DNA of 53,054 bases from Anaerolineae bacterium. Its GTDB lineage: Bacteria > Chloroflexota > Anaerolineae > Aggregatilineales > UBA3940. The translations under genes and the position numbers were made by a program. The stretch spans positions 1 through 53,054 of the forward strand of contig JAFGMS010000460.1 of assembly GCA_016927375.1 (NCBI GenBank), written 5' to 3'. This document shows positions 1-11,071 of the stretch, piece by piece (within the stretch, counting starts at the first letter, position 1; each line of letters opens with the position of its first letter). Under the pieces are notes generated by a model, which made no database searches, was not told where the DNA came from, and saw nothing but the letters and a program-made list of their open reading frames with translations.

Positions 1-1203
1 ATGGGTAAAGAAGTGTTTGAGCGCACAAAGCCGCATGTCAACATCGGAACGATTGGTCACATCGATCATGGCAAGACGACGCTGACGGCGGCCATCACCA
101 AAGTGTTGAGAATGCAAGGGATGGCGGAGTTCCGTTCATTCGACTCCATCGACAATGCGCCGGAAGAAAAAGAGCGCGGCATCACGATCAACATCGCGCA
201 TGTGGAGTATGAGACGCAGGCACGCCACTATGCACACGTCGATTGCCCGGGTCACCGTGACTACATCAAGAACATGATCACAGGCGCGGCGCAGATGGAC
301 GGGGCGATCCTGGTCGTGGCAGCGCCGGACGGTCCAATGCCCCAAACGCGCGAGCATGTGCTGTTGGCTCGTCAGGTAGAGGTGCCGGCCATCGTCGTTT
401 ACCTGAACAAGGTCGATATGATGGATGACCCGGAGCTGCTGGAGCTGGTAGAGCTGGAGCTGCGCGAGCTGCTGACCAGCTATCAGTTCCCTGGTGATGA
501 CATTCCGATCATCCGCGGCTCAGCCCTGGCCGCACTGGAAAGTGCCAGCGATGACCACACAGCGCCGGAATATGCTTCCATTCTGGAGTTGATGAACATC
601 GTCGACGAGTACATCCCAACGCCGATACGCGATACCGAGAAGCCGTTCCTGATGTCGATAGAGGATGTCTTCAGCATCAAGGGGCGTGGCACGGTCGTGA
701 CAGGACGTGTTGATCGCGGCGTGGCCAGGAAAGGCGAGGAAATCGAGATCGTCGGGCTGCGGGATGAGATCGTGAAGACGGTTATCACCGGCACAGAGAT
801 GTTCCACAAGGAGCTGTCTGAAGTGGTGGCAGGTGACAACGCCGGCGTCTTGTTGCGCGGCATTGAACGTGACGAGGTTGAGCGCGGCATGGTGTTGGCC
901 GCTCCCAAGAGCATCACACCACATCGCAAGTTCTACTGCGAAGTGTACGTGCTGCGCAAGGATGAAGGCGGCCGCCACAAGGCGTTCTTCAGCGGCTACA
1001 AGCCCCAGTTCTACATCCGCACCATGGATGTGACCGGCTCTATTGAGCTGCCGGAGGGCGTGGAAATGGTAATGCCCGGCGACAGCGTCAACATGACCGT
1101 TGAGTTGATCACGCCTGTAGCCCTGGAAAGAGGCTCCAAGTTCGCTATCCGTGAGGGTGGCCTGACTGTCGGCGCCGGCGTTATCACTGAGATCATAGAG
1201 TAG
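1..1203 (+). CDS. tuf: Elongation factor Tu
   Basis: 400-aa ORF. GTPase motifs GHIDHGKTT (G1), DCPGH (G3) and NKVD (G4). Lies directly upstream of rpsJ, the conserved position. Confidence 0.97.
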   Translation: MGKEVFERTKPHVNIGTIGHIDHGKTTLTAAITKVLRMQGMAEFRSFDSIDNAPEEKERGITINIAHVEYETQARHYAHVDCPGHRDYIKNMITGAAQMDGAILVVAAPDGPMPQTREHVLLARQVEVPAIVVYLNKVDMMDDPELLELVELELRELLTSYQFPGDDIPIIRGSALAALESASDDHTAPEYASILELMNIVDEYIPTPIRDTEKPFLMSIEDVFSIKGRGTVVTGRVDRGVARKGEEIEIVGLRDEIVKTVITGTEMFHKELSEVVAGDNAGVLLRGIERDEVERGMVLAAPKSITPHRKFYCEVYVLRKDEGGRHKAFFSGYKPQFYIRTMDVTGSIELPEGVEMVMPGDSVNMTVELITPVALERGSKFAIREGGLTVGAGVITEIIE

Positions 1204-1271
1204 CACAAGCAATATATCGGATGCCGGGCTTCCCAGAGCGGTCCGGCATCTGGAACACTGAAGGATTTCTT

Positions 1272-1580
1272 ATGGCTAAACAGAAGATCCGAATTCGGCT
1301 AAAAGCATATGACCATCGCGTTCTGGACGAGTCGGCGCGGCGGATTGTTGAGGCGGCAGAACGTACAGGGGCGCGGATTCTTGGCCCTGTGCCCTTGCCT
1401 ACCCGGATTGAGCGATGGACAGTGCGTCGTTCCACGTTCATTGATAAGGATTCGCAAGAGCACTTTGAGATGCGTACCCATCTGCGTCTGATAGACGTGC
1501 TCGAACCGGACGCCAAGACGATAGATACGCTTACGCGCTTGAATTTGCCTGCTGGCGTTGACATCGAGATCAAGCTCTAG
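1272..1580 (+). CDS. rpsJ: 30S ribosomal protein S10
   Basis: ORF 1221-1580. Start moved to ATG 1272, giving [19 protein letters not shown], a typical uS10 N-terminus. First gene of the S10 cluster. Confidence 0.95.
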   Translation: MAKQKIRIRLKAYDHRVLDESARRIVEAAERTGARILGPVPLPTRIERWTVRRSTFIDKDSQEHFEMRTHLRLIDVLEPDAKTIDTLTRLNLPAGVDIEIKL

Positions 1581-1772
1581 TGTTCATGCGAAGTCGAATC
1601 TGATAACTGCCGGTTTGCACTACGAAACATTGTTTCACATTGAAAATAGGCTACCCGGTTGCTTGTTGCTGAAGGTGGGTAGTTGAGATTGTAAGGTAGG
1701 GGATGATGCAAAGAAGGCATCCGCGACTAATTGCACTTCTGATAAGCAGTCCCCGTGGAGGCAATGCCACAA

Positions 1773-2483
1773 ATGATTAAGGGCATCATTGGCAAAAAAG
1801 TAGGGATGACCCAGATTTTTGATGAGGATGGGGCGGTGGTCCCGGTGACGGTGATCAAGGCTGGTCCCTGCTGGATTACGCAAATCAAAACTTTAGACGC
1901 TGATGGCTACAGCGCGGTACAGCTTGGCTTCGAAGAAATCGCAGCCAATGTGACGGATGAGAAAGCGCGGGAGCGCAAGATCGAACGTCGTCTAAAGAAG
2001 CCTGTACGCGGTCATCTGGGCCTTCTCAAGCCGGATGGTGAGCATCCGCAGCGCAAAAAGCTGGCCGAGAATGTTCCTGCATTGCGTCATCTCCGAGAGT
2101 TCCGTACTGAGGATCTCTCCGGTATGCAGGAAGGCCAGCAGATCACGGTCGAAGTCTTTGAGGCTGGAGACTATGTAGATGTTGTCGGAACGAGCAAGGG
2201 TAAAGGTTTTGCTGGCACAATCAAGCGTCATCATTTTCATCGACAACCTAAGACCCATGGTGCTTCTGATAGGGTTCGTGCCCCAGGCTCAATAGGCGCT
2301 ACAACTACACCTGGTCGCGTCATGAAGGGGACACGCATGGCCGGTCGGATGGGCGGCGAGAGAGTCACCATGCAGAATCTTGAGGTTGTTGTCGTTGATG
2401 CTGAGAGACACCTTCTGGCCGTGAGGGGAAGCATCCCTGGTGCCAAGGGTGGTTTAGTGACCATCCAGCCGACGGTCAAGTAG
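1773..2483 (+). CDS. rplC: 50S ribosomal protein L3
   Basis: ORF 1755-2483. [20 protein letters not shown] is the uL3 N-terminus. GGAGG at 1757-1761 favours ATG 1773; 1755 and 1764 are alternative starts. Confidence 0.93.
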   Translation: MIKGIIGKKVGMTQIFDEDGAVVPVTVIKAGPCWITQIKTLDADGYSAVQLGFEEIAANVTDEKARERKIERRLKKPVRGHLGLLKPDGEHPQRKKLAENVPALRHLREFRTEDLSGMQEGQQITVEVFEAGDYVDVVGTSKGKGFAGTIKRHHFHRQPKTHGASDRVRAPGSIGATTTPGRVMKGTRMAGRMGGERVTMQNLEVVVVDAERHLLAVRGSIPGAKGGLVTIQPTVK

Positions 2484-2499
2484 GAGCAGAGGGAAACAT

Positions 2500-3144
2500 A
2501 TGTCAATCAAAATCCCTGTCAAAGATATGAATGGGCGTGAAGTTGAGCAAGTAGAGCTGCCTGCCGATGTTTTTGAGGCGCCCATCAATGTGGGTTTGAT
2601 GCATCAGTATTATGTGATGCAGATGGCAAATGCACGATTGGGAACCCACAGCACGAAGCGGCGCAGTGAAGTCGCCCGTACCAAGATGAAATGGTATCGT
2701 CAGAAGGGTACTGGGCGCGCTCGCCATGGTAATCGTGCGGCCCCCATTTTCGTTGGTGGCGGCATCGCACATGGTCCTCATCCGCGCAAATATACCAAGA
2801 AAATGCCCAAGAAGATGCGGCGGGCAGCACTGAGGTCGGCTCTGTCGGCCAAGGCGGCTGAGGATGGTATCGTGCTGGTGGATCGGCTGGAAGTCAAATC
2901 TCCTAAGACGCGAGATATGGTTGATCTGCTTCGCAATCTGGTTGGCGACAGTAGCGCTTTGGTGCTATTGGCTTCGGCAGATGAGAATATCGAGCTCTCT
3001 ATACGTAATTTGCCAGATGCGTATTATCTGCGGGCGAGCTACCTGAATGTTCGCGATCTGTTGAAGTTTGACAAGGTGATCGTGCCGCTTGATGCCCTTC
3101 AGCTAATTACTGGCTGGCTTGGAAAACAGCCGAGGAGCGAGTGA
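2500..3144 (+). CDS. rplD: 50S ribosomal protein L4
   Basis: 214 aa with KGTGRARHG motif. Position between rplC and rplW. Confidence 0.93.
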   Translation: MSIKIPVKDMNGREVEQVELPADVFEAPINVGLMHQYYVMQMANARLGTHSTKRRSEVARTKMKWYRQKGTGRARHGNRAAPIFVGGGIAHGPHPRKYTKKMPKKMRRAALRSALSAKAAEDGIVLVDRLEVKSPKTRDMVDLLRNLVGDSSALVLLASADENIELSIRNLPDAYYLRASYLNVRDLLKFDKVIVPLDALQLITGWLGKQPRSE

Positions 3145-3145
3145 T

Positions 3146-3436
3146 ATGAGCGAATTGCATCTCTATGACATAATCCGGCGCCCAATAATCACTGAGAAAA
3201 CGACGGCCCAAAAAGACACGCACAATGTTTATGTTTTTGAGGTTGATATCAGGGCTAATAAACCGCTCATCAAAGAGGCTGTAGAGACCATCTTCGATGT
3301 GGATGTACTGAGGGTGCGGACAGCAATAATGCCGGCCAAGCGTGGGCGGCGTATGCGCAAAACCTTTATCCGTACAAAGGAATGGAAGAAGGCTTTTGTA
3401 ACCGTTGCGCCTGGGCAAAGCATAGATATACGGTAG
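3146..3436 (+). CDS. rplW: 50S ribosomal protein L23
   Basis: ORF 3119-3436. Start at ATG 3146 (MSELHLYDIIRRPIITEKT), just after the rplD stop. Confidence 0.93.
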   Translation: MSELHLYDIIRRPIITEKTTAQKDTHNVYVFEVDIRANKPLIKEAVETIFDVDVLRVRTAIMPAKRGRRMRKTFIRTKEWKKAFVTVAPGQSIDIR

Positions 3437-3452
3437 CTAACAGAGGTATCCT

Positions 3453-4289
3453 ATGGCGATCAAGAAATATAAACCTACGTCACCCGGCCGCCGGGGAATG
3501 ACTGGGCACTCGTTTGAAGAGATTACTCGCAAGCGGCCTGTCAAATCGTTGACTGAGCGATTGCATCGGCGTGCGGGACGTAACAATCAGGGGCGTATAA
3601 CGGTACGTCACCGCGGCGGTGGACACCGCCGGCGTTACCGGATCATTGATTTTAAGCGTGATAAGTTTGGCGTGCCTGGGCGTGTTGCCAGTATTGAGTA
3701 CGACCCGAACCGATCTGCTCGCATTGCCCTGATCTCTTATGTTGATGGGGAGAAACGTTATATTATCGCTCCTCTGGAACTCCAGGTTGGTGAGATGGTA
3801 ATGAGCGGTCCCGAGTCTGAGATCCGCCCGGGAAATGCTCTTCCTATTCGCAGCATCCCGGTTGGTACGATGGTGCACAACATCGAGTTGCATGAGGGTC
3901 GGGGTGGGCAATTGGTTCGCGCAGCCGGCACGTCTGCCCAGTTGCTGGCGAAGGAAGGCGACTATGCAACTGTACGTATGCCCAGCGGCGAAATGCGCTT
4001 GATCCGCCAGGCTTGCATGGCAACTATAGGCCAGGTGGGGAATACCGAGCACAATAATATCAAGCTGGGTAAAGCGGGGCGTAAACGTTGGCTGGGCTGG
4101 CGTCCTGCCGTACGCGGTAGTGCGATGGATCCCAAAGCTCATCCGCATGGAGGTGGTGAAGGGCGCTCACCCATTGGTATGCCTGGGCCCAAAACTCCTT
4201 GGGGAAAGCCGGCATTGGGAAAGAAGACACGTCACAATAAACGTACAGATAGATTCATTGTGCGGCGTCGTGGTAAGAAACGTCGTTAA
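3453..4289 (+). CDS. rplB: 50S ribosomal protein L2
   Basis: 278 aa. [16 protein letters not shown]-terminus and [10 protein letters not shown] motif, characteristic of uL2. Confidence 0.97.
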   Translation: MAIKKYKPTSPGRRGMTGHSFEEITRKRPVKSLTERLHRRAGRNNQGRITVRHRGGGHRRRYRIIDFKRDKFGVPGRVASIEYDPNRSARIALISYVDGEKRYIIAPLELQVGEMVMSGPESEIRPGNALPIRSIPVGTMVHNIELHEGRGGQLVRAAGTSAQLLAKEGDYATVRMPSGEMRLIRQACMATIGQVGNTEHNNIKLGKAGRKRWLGWRPAVRGSAMDPKAHPHGGGEGRSPIGMPGPKTPWGKPALGKKTRHNKRTDRFIVRRRGKKRR

Positions 4290-4319
4290 AGCCAGGGCGG
4301 CAAATAAGCGGAGGATAAG

Positions 4320-4595
4320 ATGTCACGCAGTTTGAAAAAAGGGCCATTTGTAGAGCCCAAGTTGCTGGCAAAGATCGAGCGGATGAACGCCGCTGGCGAT
4401 AAGAAGGTGATCCGAACCTGGAGTCGTGCTTCGACGATCTTTCCGCAGTTTGTGGGACATACTATTGCTATTCATGATGGTCGTCGGCATGTGCCAATCT
4501 ATATTACGGAAAACATGGTTGGACACCGGCTCGGTGAGTTTGCTCCCACACGAACGTTTCGTGGTCACTTTACTAGGGAAAAGAAGGCGAAATAA
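4320..4595 (+). CDS. rpsS: 30S ribosomal protein S19
   Basis: 91 aa. [16 protein letters not shown] and [13 protein letters not shown] motifs. Confidence 0.97.
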   Translation: MSRSLKKGPFVEPKLLAKIERMNAAGDKKVIRTWSRASTIFPQFVGHTIAIHDGRRHVPIYITENMVGHRLGEFAPTRTFRGHFTREKKAK

Positions 4596-4597
4596 CT

Positions 4598-4972
4598 ATG
4601 GATGTGCGGGCTACTTCTCGATACCTGCCGATCTCCCCTACGAAGATCCGGTTGGTGTGTGATCGGGTGCGGGGAATGCCTCCCCGCCAGGCAGTAGACG
4701 TTCTGCGGCATATGCCGCAAAAGGGTGCTGGTCTCTTGTTGAAAGTGGTCAAGAGCGCAATGGCTAATGCTGAAAACAACTTCGAGCTCGATCCGGGTGA
4801 GATGTTGATCTCGGCAGTGTATGCCAATGAGGGACCACGTCGTCCCTGGCGACGCTTTGGAGCACGTGGCCGGTTCAAGCCCTGGATTCGCCGCACTTCG
4901 CATGTGACAGTAGTACTAAGCGAAGAGCAGGTGGTTGTGGCCGCTGATGCGGGCGAGGAGCAGGAGGAATAG
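4598..4972 (+). CDS. rplV: 50S ribosomal protein L22
   Basis: 124 aa. RYLPISPTKIRLVCDRVRG is uL22-like. Position between rpsS and rpsC. Confidence 0.93.
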   Translation: MDVRATSRYLPISPTKIRLVCDRVRGMPPRQAVDVLRHMPQKGAGLLLKVVKSAMANAENNFELDPGEMLISAVYANEGPRRPWRRFGARGRFKPWIRRTSHVTVVLSEEQVVVAADAGEEQEE

Positions 4973-4975
4973 ATA

Positions 4976-5644
4976 ATGGGACGTAAAGTACATCCGCTAG
5001 GTTTTCGCCTGAAGGTGATCCGGGACTGGAACGCGCGATGGTATGCCGAAGGGCAGCGCTACAGTGAGCTGCTGCATGAGGATTTCCAGATTCGTGACAT
5101 GGTTCAGGAGATTCACGGCAGTGCTGGTGTCTCAAAGGTCGAGATTGAGCGCTATCCTAATCAAGTTTTGGTGACACTTCATACCGCTCGGCCAGGTATC
5201 GTGATTGGTCGTAAGGGCGAGTCGGTCAAAAAGCTCCGCCAGGATCTCGAAGCTCTGACAGGCAAGAAGGTCAAGATCGAGGTAGAGGAGATTGCTTCTC
5301 CAGATCTGGATGCCAAACTGGTGGCTGAGAACATCGCTGGCCAGTTGAACCGGCGCATTTCTCATAGCCGTGCTATGAAACGTGCTGCACAGCAGGCGAT
5401 GAAGCAGGGCGCGAAGGGGATCAAGATTATTTGTTCAGGTCGCTTGTCTGGTGCAGAGATGGCTCGTCGTGAAAGCGTCCACGAGGGACAAGTACCACTC
5501 ACAACTCTGCGTGCGGATATCGATTATGGGACAGCGGAGGCCCTCACTACCTTTGGCCGGATTGGGGTAAAGGTGTGGATTTACAAGGGTGACGTGTTAA
5601 CCGAATCGGACTCGGAAGCAACCGGAGTTTATGTAAGTCAGTAG
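4976..5644 (+). CDS. rpsC: 30S ribosomal protein S3
   Basis: 222 aa. [13 protein letters not shown]-terminus and KH-domain GIVIGRKGE. Confidence 0.96.
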   Translation: MGRKVHPLGFRLKVIRDWNARWYAEGQRYSELLHEDFQIRDMVQEIHGSAGVSKVEIERYPNQVLVTLHTARPGIVIGRKGESVKKLRQDLEALTGKKVKIEVEEIASPDLDAKLVAENIAGQLNRRISHSRAMKRAAQQAMKQGAKGIKIICSGRLSGAEMARRESVHEGQVPLTTLRADIDYGTAEALTTFGRIGVKVWIYKGDVLTESDSEATGVYVSQ

Positions 5645-5713
5645 AAATACCTAGAAATGGTCGATCAGGGGTCAGGTGCCCATTGTTGATCTGCCGTGTG
5701 GAGATGAACGAAG

Positions 5714-6154
5714 ATGTTAATGCCCAAACGTGTCAAATATCGCAAGCAGTTTCGCGGGCGGATGAAGGGTAAAGAATCGCGTGGGGTCAAGGTTGACTTT
5801 GGCGATATCGGCCTGCAGGCACTTGAGCCTGCCTGGATCACCAGCCGCCAGATCGAGGCTGCACGTCGTGCCATCGTGCGTCATTTGAAACGGCGTGGAA
5901 AAGTCTATATTCGGATTTTCCCAGACAAGCCTGTTACATCCAAGCCTGCTGAGACCCGTATGGGCAAGGGTAAAGGATCGGTGGATCACTGGGTAGCTGT
6001 AGTCAAGCCAGGCCGGGTGATGATCGAGATCGCTGGCGTGGATGAGGAGACTGCTGTTGAGGCGCTGAAACTTGCGTCGCACAAGATGCCCATCCATTGC
6101 AAGGTCATAAAGCGAGTCGATCCAATTTCTGGGATGGAGGTATCTCTAGGATGA
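5714..6154 (+). CDS. rplP: 50S ribosomal protein L16
   Basis: 146 aa. [20 protein letters not shown]-terminus. ATGA overlap with rpmC. Confidence 0.96.
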   Translation: MLMPKRVKYRKQFRGRMKGKESRGVKVDFGDIGLQALEPAWITSRQIEAARRAIVRHLKRRGKVYIRIFPDKPVTSKPAETRMGKGKGSVDHWVAVVKPGRVMIEIAGVDEETAVEALKLASHKMPIHCKVIKRVDPISGMEVSLG

Positions 6155-6354
6155 AGGTATCAGAACTACATGCACTCACAGTGTCTGAGCTCCATAATCG
6201 GCTGGATGATGCAAAGGAAGAGTTGATGAAGCTGCGCTTCCAACAGGCATCAGGCCAGCTTGAGGACACGAACCGGTTGCGGCTGGTAAGGCGTGATGTT
6301 GCTCGCATCAAGACCATCCTGACTGAGCGGCAAAGAGAGGTTGAGAATGGCTAA
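6151..6354 (+). CDS. rpmC: 50S ribosomal protein L29
   Basis: ORF 6097-6354. Start at ATG 6151 ([18 protein letters not shown]), overlapping the rplP stop. Position and size fit uL29. Confidence 0.9.
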   Translation: MKVSELHALTVSELHNRLDDAKEELMKLRFQQASGQLEDTNRLRLVRRDVARIKTILTERQREVENG

Positions 6355-6685
6355 TAGTAGGCGACGCCTGACTGGTCAGGTGATTAGCAATAAGATGCAG
6401 AAAACGGTTATTGTGCGGATCGATCGTTCTTATCGACATCGGTTGTATGGCAAGGTTGTACGCGATTCAAAGAAGTACATGGCACATGATGAGAACGGCG
6501 AGTGCCAGATGGGTGATGTCGTTGTGATTGTTGAGTCACGGCCTTTGAGTCGCCATAAGCGGTGGGTTGTTCAGAGCATAGTGCGTGAAGATGCGAGTGC
6601 TCGGACACCTGAGATTGCTGAGGTGGCTGCTATGGCTGATGAGGCTGGCATTACCGAAGTAAGTGAGCCTCCGGAAGAAAATTAG
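6347..6685 (+). CDS. rpsQ: 30S ribosomal protein S17 (with acidic C-terminal tail)
   Basis: ORF 6341-6685. ATG 6347 lies 6 nt after AGAGAGG. RLTGQVISNKMQKTVIV is the uS17 core, followed by about 30 extra C-terminal residues. Confidence 0.9.
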   Translation: MANSRRRLTGQVISNKMQKTVIVRIDRSYRHRLYGKVVRDSKKYMAHDENGECQMGDVVVIVESRPLSRHKRWVVQSIVREDASARTPEIAEVAAMADEAGITEVSEPPEEN

Positions 6686-6791
6686 GGTGTGTTGGAGATT
6701 AGGTTCCTGTATTCTCCCAGTTTCTCCTTGATGAGGAATTTGTTCTTCTACCCAACCCTTAGACACACCAGGAAACAATGAGGTTTTAGCC

Positions 6792-7163
6792 ATGATTCAG
6801 CAAGAAAGTCGGCTTAAAGTGGCCGATAATAGTGGTGCGCGCGAGATATTGACTATTCATGTTTCTGGCGGATCCAGGCGCCGTTATGGGCGAGTTGGTG
6901 ACATAATTGTTGCTACCGTAAAGAGTGCTCAGCCCAATGCAAATGTGAAAAAGAGCGACATTGTCCGTGCTGTTATTGTGCGCACCGCCAAAGAGTATCG
7001 ACGTGCGGATGGTTCTTACATCCGCTTTGATGACAACGCAGCCGTTATCTTGGATGGTGATACGAACAATCCAAAGGGAACGCGTATTTTTGGACCGGTG
7101 GCACGCGAGTTGCGTGATGCGGGATTTATGAAAATTGTCTCGCTTGCACCAGAGGTTCTTTAG
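6792..7163 (+). CDS. rplN: 50S ribosomal protein L14
   Basis: 123 aa. [20 protein letters not shown]-terminus. Confidence 0.97.
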   Translation: MIQQESRLKVADNSGAREILTIHVSGGSRRRYGRVGDIIVATVKSAQPNANVKKSDIVRAVIVRTAKEYRRADGSYIRFDDNAAVILDGDTNNPKGTRIFGPVARELRDAGFMKIVSLAPEVL

Positions 7164-7183
7164 GGCGCTGGAGGTGAGCGTAG

Positions 7184-7531
7184 ATGGCAGCAAAAACACA
7201 AAGAGTCAAATTGCTTATCCGCAAAAACGATCTCGTTGAGGTTATTGCGGGCAATGATAAGGGTGCACGCGGCCGCGTTTTGCGCGCTTTGCCAAAAACA
7301 AACCGGTTGGTTGTTGAGGCTGTGAACATCCGGAAGAAGCATCAACGACCTATGCAAGCAGGACGGGGCCAGACGCAGGCTGGTATTATCCAGTTTGAAG
7401 CGCCAATTCATGCTTCGAATGTTATGATAGTCTGTCCACAGTGTAACACGCCGACCCGAATCGGGATCAGTCGAGATGGCGGCGTGCGCGCTCGTGTGTG
7501 CAAGAAGTGTGGCGAGGACATTGATCGATGA
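7184..7531 (+). CDS. rplX: 50S ribosomal protein L24 (CxxC...CxxC variant)
   Basis: 115 aa. KOW motif [18 protein letters not shown]-terminal CPQC-x18-CKKC. Confidence 0.92.
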   Translation: MAAKTQRVKLLIRKNDLVEVIAGNDKGARGRVLRALPKTNRLVVEAVNIRKKHQRPMQAGRGQTQAGIIQFEAPIHASNVMIVCPQCNTPTRIGISRDGGVRARVCKKCGEDIDR

Positions 7532-8073
7532 ACAAATTGAGAGAGCACTATGACCAAGGTGTTCGCCCTGCAATGATCAAGCACTTTGGTTATCGCAATA
7601 TTATGGAAGCTCCCCGTGTCTTGAAAGTAGTAGTTAATGTGGGGGTTGGTGAGGCACTTGATAATGCCCGTGCGCTGGACGCAGCCGTGGAAGACATTAT
7701 GCACATTACAGGGCAACGTCCGGTTGTGACGAAAGCACGCAAGAGCATTGCGGCTTTCAAGCTGCGCGAAGGGCGCTCGATTGGCGTTAAGGTGACCCTG
7801 CGCGGGGAGCGAATGTGGTCTTTCCTGGATCGCCTGATGAACCTGGCTCTGCCGCGTACACGTGACTTCCGGGGCGTGTCTCCCACGAGTTTCGATGGCC
7901 GTGGAAACTATACTCTGGGCTTGCGTGAGCAGATACTTTTCCCGGAAATCCAGTATGACAAGATTGATAAGGTGCGCGGGATGGAGATCAGCATTGTCAC
8001 GACCGCCCAGACAGATGAGGAAGGGCGGGAGTTGCTGCGGTTGCTGGGGATGCCATTTCGACAGTTGAGTTAG
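7528..8073 (+). CDS. rplE: 50S ribosomal protein L5
   Basis: 181 aa. ATGA overlap with rplX. Conserved position and uL5-like sequence ([15 protein letters not shown]). Confidence 0.96.
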   Translation: MNKLREHYDQGVRPAMIKHFGYRNIMEAPRVLKVVVNVGVGEALDNARALDAAVEDIMHITGQRPVVTKARKSIAAFKLREGRSIGVKVTLRGERMWSFLDRLMNLALPRTRDFRGVSPTSFDGRGNYTLGLREQILFPEIQYDKIDKVRGMEISIVTTAQTDEEGRELLRLLGMPFRQLS

Positions 8074-8087
8074 TCAGGGAGCGATTG

Positions 8088-8270
8088 ATGTCAAAGAAGT
8101 GTATGCCCTACCGGGAACAGCGTCGTAAGTACGCCGTGCGGGTTCGTAATCGTTGTAGACGTTGTGGCCGTCCACGTGGCTATATTCGCAAATTCCAGCT
8201 ATGCCGGATTTGCTTCCGAGAGCTCGCATTACAAGGCGATATTCCCGGTGTAGCCAAGTCAAGCTGGTGA
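8088..8270 (+). CDS. rpsN: 30S ribosomal protein S14 type Z (zinc form)
   Basis: 60-aa product from ATG 8088; the track ORF starts at TTG 8085. CRRCGRPRG...CRIC zinc ribbon and C-terminal KSSW. Confidence 0.92.
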   Translation: MSKKCMPYREQRRKYAVRVRNRCRRCGRPRGYIRKFQLCRICFRELALQGDIPGVAKSSW

Positions 8271-8289
8271 GAGTTGAGGAGAAGAATAA

Positions 8290-8697
8290 ATGAGTGTCAG
8301 TGACCCCATTGCGGATATGCTGACGCGCATCCGTAATGCGTTGATGGCGCGTCATGAGGATGTCGTTATCCCTCATTCGAGGATAAAAGAGGATTTGGCG
8401 TGTGTTCTCAAAGATGAAGGTTACATTGACGACTACCGCATAGAAGACGCTAAGCCGTTCAAAACCATAGTGATCCAGCTGAAATATGTGGGTTTGCGTC
8501 GTGAGAGACGTCCTGTGATTACCGGTTTGAAGCGGGTTAGCAGGCCAGGCCGCCGCGTATATACAGGGTACAGCGATATTCCCTGGGTGCTGAGTGGTAT
8601 GGGCATAGCCATCCTGACGACACCGAATGGTGTTATCACAGGCGAGCAGGCTCGTCGTCAACATGTTGGCGGTGAAGTCCTGTGCTATGTCTGGTAA
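8290..8697 (+). CDS. rpsH: 30S ribosomal protein S8
   Basis: 135 aa. [18 protein letters not shown]-terminus. Confidence 0.95.
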   Translation: MSVSDPIADMLTRIRNALMARHEDVVIPHSRIKEDLACVLKDEGYIDDYRIEDAKPFKTIVIQLKYVGLRRERRPVITGLKRVSRPGRRVYTGYSDIPWVLSGMGIAILTTPNGVITGEQARRQHVGGEVLCYVW

Positions 8698-8766
8698 GGT
8701 GAAGGAGATGCCAAGTCCTGGTAGTGTGCTATAGCTGGGATACCTGGTGTCTGAACGGAGTGAACT

Positions 8767-9315
8767 ATGTCTCGAATTGGCAAGAAGCCCATTGATATCC
8801 CCGCGGATGTGACGGTGACTCTTCAGGGGAGTGAAGTGACAGTAAAGGGTCCTAATGGTGAGTTGACCCAGCGGTTTCATCCTGACATGCAGATCGAGCA
8901 GGAGGATGCCAAGATCTTGGTAACGCGCCCAACTGATATGCGTCGTCACAAAGAGCTGCATGGATTAACTCGAAGCCTGCTTAATAACATGGTGGTTGGC
9001 GTCAGCCAGGGTTTTGAGATTCGGCTGGAAATCATTGGAACAGGTTACCGAGCCGAGTTGCTACCTGAAGGTCTGAAGCTGAGCTTGGGGCATTCGCATG
9101 ACATTCTGGTTGTGCCACCCTCAGAAGTAAAAGTTCAGCTTGAAGATCGTGGCCGGCTGATTATTCTGAACTCTCCAGATTGTGCTTTGATTGGACAGGT
9201 TGCTGCGGATATTCGCAAACTGCGACCGCCTGAGCCCTATCATGGTAAGGGCATTCGGTATTCTGGGGAGCAGGTACGTCAGAAGGCAGGTAAGGCAGGT
9301 AAGGTTGGTGGTTAG
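8767..9315 (+). CDS. rplF: 50S ribosomal protein L6
   Basis: 182 aa. MSRIGKKPIDIPADVTV N-terminus. Confidence 0.95.
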   Translation: MSRIGKKPIDIPADVTVTLQGSEVTVKGPNGELTQRFHPDMQIEQEDAKILVTRPTDMRRHKELHGLTRSLLNNMVVGVSQGFEIRLEIIGTGYRAELLPEGLKLSLGHSHDILVVPPSEVKVQLEDRGRLIILNSPDCALIGQVAADIRKLRPPEPYHGKGIRYSGEQVRQKAGKAGKVGG

Positions 9316-9358
9316 TTAGCTACCTTTTGAAGTATTTACTTGAATGAGGTAAGTCAGA

Positions 9359-9721
9359 ATGAGTGAAAAGAGTCAGCAAGCGCGCAAACGTCGCCATGAG
9401 CGTGTTCGGCGGCGCGTGGTCGGAACAGCCGAGCGTCCGCGTCTGAATGTGTTTCGTAGTGGCAAGCACATCTATGCGCAGGTGATTGACGATGCTGTAG
9501 GCCACACGCTGGCATCAGCCTCGACCGTTGATCTTGAGTTACGAACAGCGGCTGCAGGGAAGAGCAAGACAGAGCAGGCCACATTGGTTGGGCGTGCTGT
9601 CGCTGAACGCGCCATCGATGCAGGTGTGAAGAAAGTCGTATTTGATCGAGGCGGTTACATATATCATGGCCGCGTTAAGGCTCTGGCCGAGGCTGCACGC
9701 GAGGCCGGGTTGGAATTCTAG
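9359..9721 (+). CDS. rplR: 50S ribosomal protein L18
   Basis: 120 aa. [20 protein letters not shown] and C-terminal [19 protein letters not shown]. Confidence 0.93.
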   Translation: MSEKSQQARKRRHERVRRRVVGTAERPRLNVFRSGKHIYAQVIDDAVGHTLASASTVDLELRTAAAGKSKTEQATLVGRAVAERAIDAGVKKVVFDRGGYIYHGRVKALAEAAREAGLEF

Positions 9722-9739
9722 GGAGTTGGAGCGAGTAAC

Positions 9740-10285
9740 ATGGGACGACGACGGGAACCCCGCGTTGAAGAGCGCGAAGAACTGGATGAGCGTGTCATTG
9801 ATATCAAGCGTGTAGCCAAAGTAGTTAAGGGTGGGCGTCGCTTTGCTTTCCGCACTGTTGTCGTAGTGGGTGACAACCGTGGTATGGTAGGGATTGGTGT
9901 AGGCAAGGCGCGGCAGGTGCCTGATGCGATTCGTAAGGGTACCGAGCGGGCACGCCGCAACATGACCCGTGTCTCAACGCTTGGTACGACGATTCCGCAT
10001 CCGATTGTGGCACGCAATGGTGGCGCTGAGGTAATGTTGCGACCAGCCTCTCCTGGTACGGGCGTTATTGCTGGTGGTGCTGTGCGTGCTGTTGTGGAGG
10101 CGGCTGGGATCAGAGATATCCTGACCAAGTCGCGGGGCAGCTCAAATATGCTGAATGTGGCTGTAGCGACCTTACAAGGCCTGAGCGACCTCAAGGACTT
10201 TAGCGAAGTTGCGGCGATGCGTGGCAAGAAGCCAAACGAGGTTGCTCCATTCTGGACGCGAAGCAGGAAGGGCGAGACGGAGTAA
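9740..10285 (+). CDS. rpsE: 30S ribosomal protein S5
   Basis: 181 aa. [18 protein letters not shown] motif. Confidence 0.95.
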   Translation: MGRRREPRVEEREELDERVIDIKRVAKVVKGGRRFAFRTVVVVGDNRGMVGIGVGKARQVPDAIRKGTERARRNMTRVSTLGTTIPHPIVARNGGAEVMLRPASPGTGVIAGGAVRAVVEAAGIRDILTKSRGSSNMLNVAVATLQGLSDLKDFSEVAAMRGKKPNEVAPFWTRSRKGETE

Positions 10286-10288
10286 TCT

Positions 10289-10501
10289 ATGGCTAAGAAG
10301 AAGACCGAACAACCCACCAAGATGCTGCGGATCAAGCTGATCAGAAGTCCAATTGGTAATACGCAGAAGCATAAGGATACTATTCGTACACTTGGTTTGA
10401 GGAAGATCAATCAGGTAGTCGAGCGGCCTGATACGCCTTCTTTGCGTGGCATGCTGCTCCTTGTTAACCACATGGTGGCTGTTGAAGAGGTGGAGAACTA
10501 G
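10289..10501 (+). CDS. rpmD: 50S ribosomal protein L30
   Basis: 70 aa. LRIKLIRSPIGNTQKHKDTIRTLGLRK. Position between rpsE and rplO. Confidence 0.88.
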   Translation: MAKKKTEQPTKMLRIKLIRSPIGNTQKHKDTIRTLGLRKINQVVERPDTPSLRGMLLLVNHMVAVEEVEN

Positions 10502-10503
10502 AG

Positions 10504-11034
10504 ATGAAATTACACGACCTGCGCCCTGATCCAGGTGCAAAGAAAAAGCGCAAGCGAGTGGGTCGCGGTATTGCTGCCGGTCAGGGTAAAACTGCTGGCC
10601 GGGGTACAAAGGGCACTGGCGCGCGTGCTGGTGGTGGCAAAGCCCCCTATTTTGAAGGGGGTCAGCTTCCTTTGGTGCGACGCTTACCCTTCAAGCGCGG
10701 CTTTAACAATATCTTCCGTATCGAGTATCAGGAAGTTAATCTCGATCAATTGGAAGCAAGATTCGAGAAGAAGGCCGAGGTGTCACCGCAGGCGTTAGCC
10801 GAGGCTGGTTTGATCAGGGAAGCCGATCAGCCGATTGTCGTCTTGGGTCGCGGTGAGATAAAAAAGGCTCTCATAGTCAAGACGCATCGTATTTCAAAGA
10901 GTGCACAAGAGAAGATCGAGGCGGCTGGTGGATCAGTTGAGATCCTGCCGCTCGAATTTACGGGAGCACGTGCTACCGTAAAGCTGCTGCGCAAAGCACA
11001 GATCGAGGCCATCCGGGCCAAGCGAGCCAGGTAG
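10504..11034 (+). CDS. rplO: 50S ribosomal protein L15
   Basis: 176 aa. MKLHDLRPDPGAKKKRKRVGRGIAAGQGKTAGRG N-terminus. Confidence 0.92.
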   Translation: MKLHDLRPDPGAKKKRKRVGRGIAAGQGKTAGRGTKGTGARAGGGKAPYFEGGQLPLVRRLPFKRGFNNIFRIEYQEVNLDQLEARFEKKAEVSPQALAEAGLIREADQPIVVLGRGEIKKALIVKTHRISKSAQEKIEAAGGSVEILPLEFTGARATVKLLRKAQIEAIRAKRAR

Positions 11035-11071
11035 TTGTTTACCCACTAAGAGGGGATGGAGATAGCCCACA

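Noticed and set aside
8074-8961. 295-aa minus-strand ORF, plus similar antisense ORFs at 9718-10410, 3480-4148 and 520-1212
   Set aside because: These are antisense to ribosomal protein genes or tuf, which are unambiguous. They are shadow ORFs.
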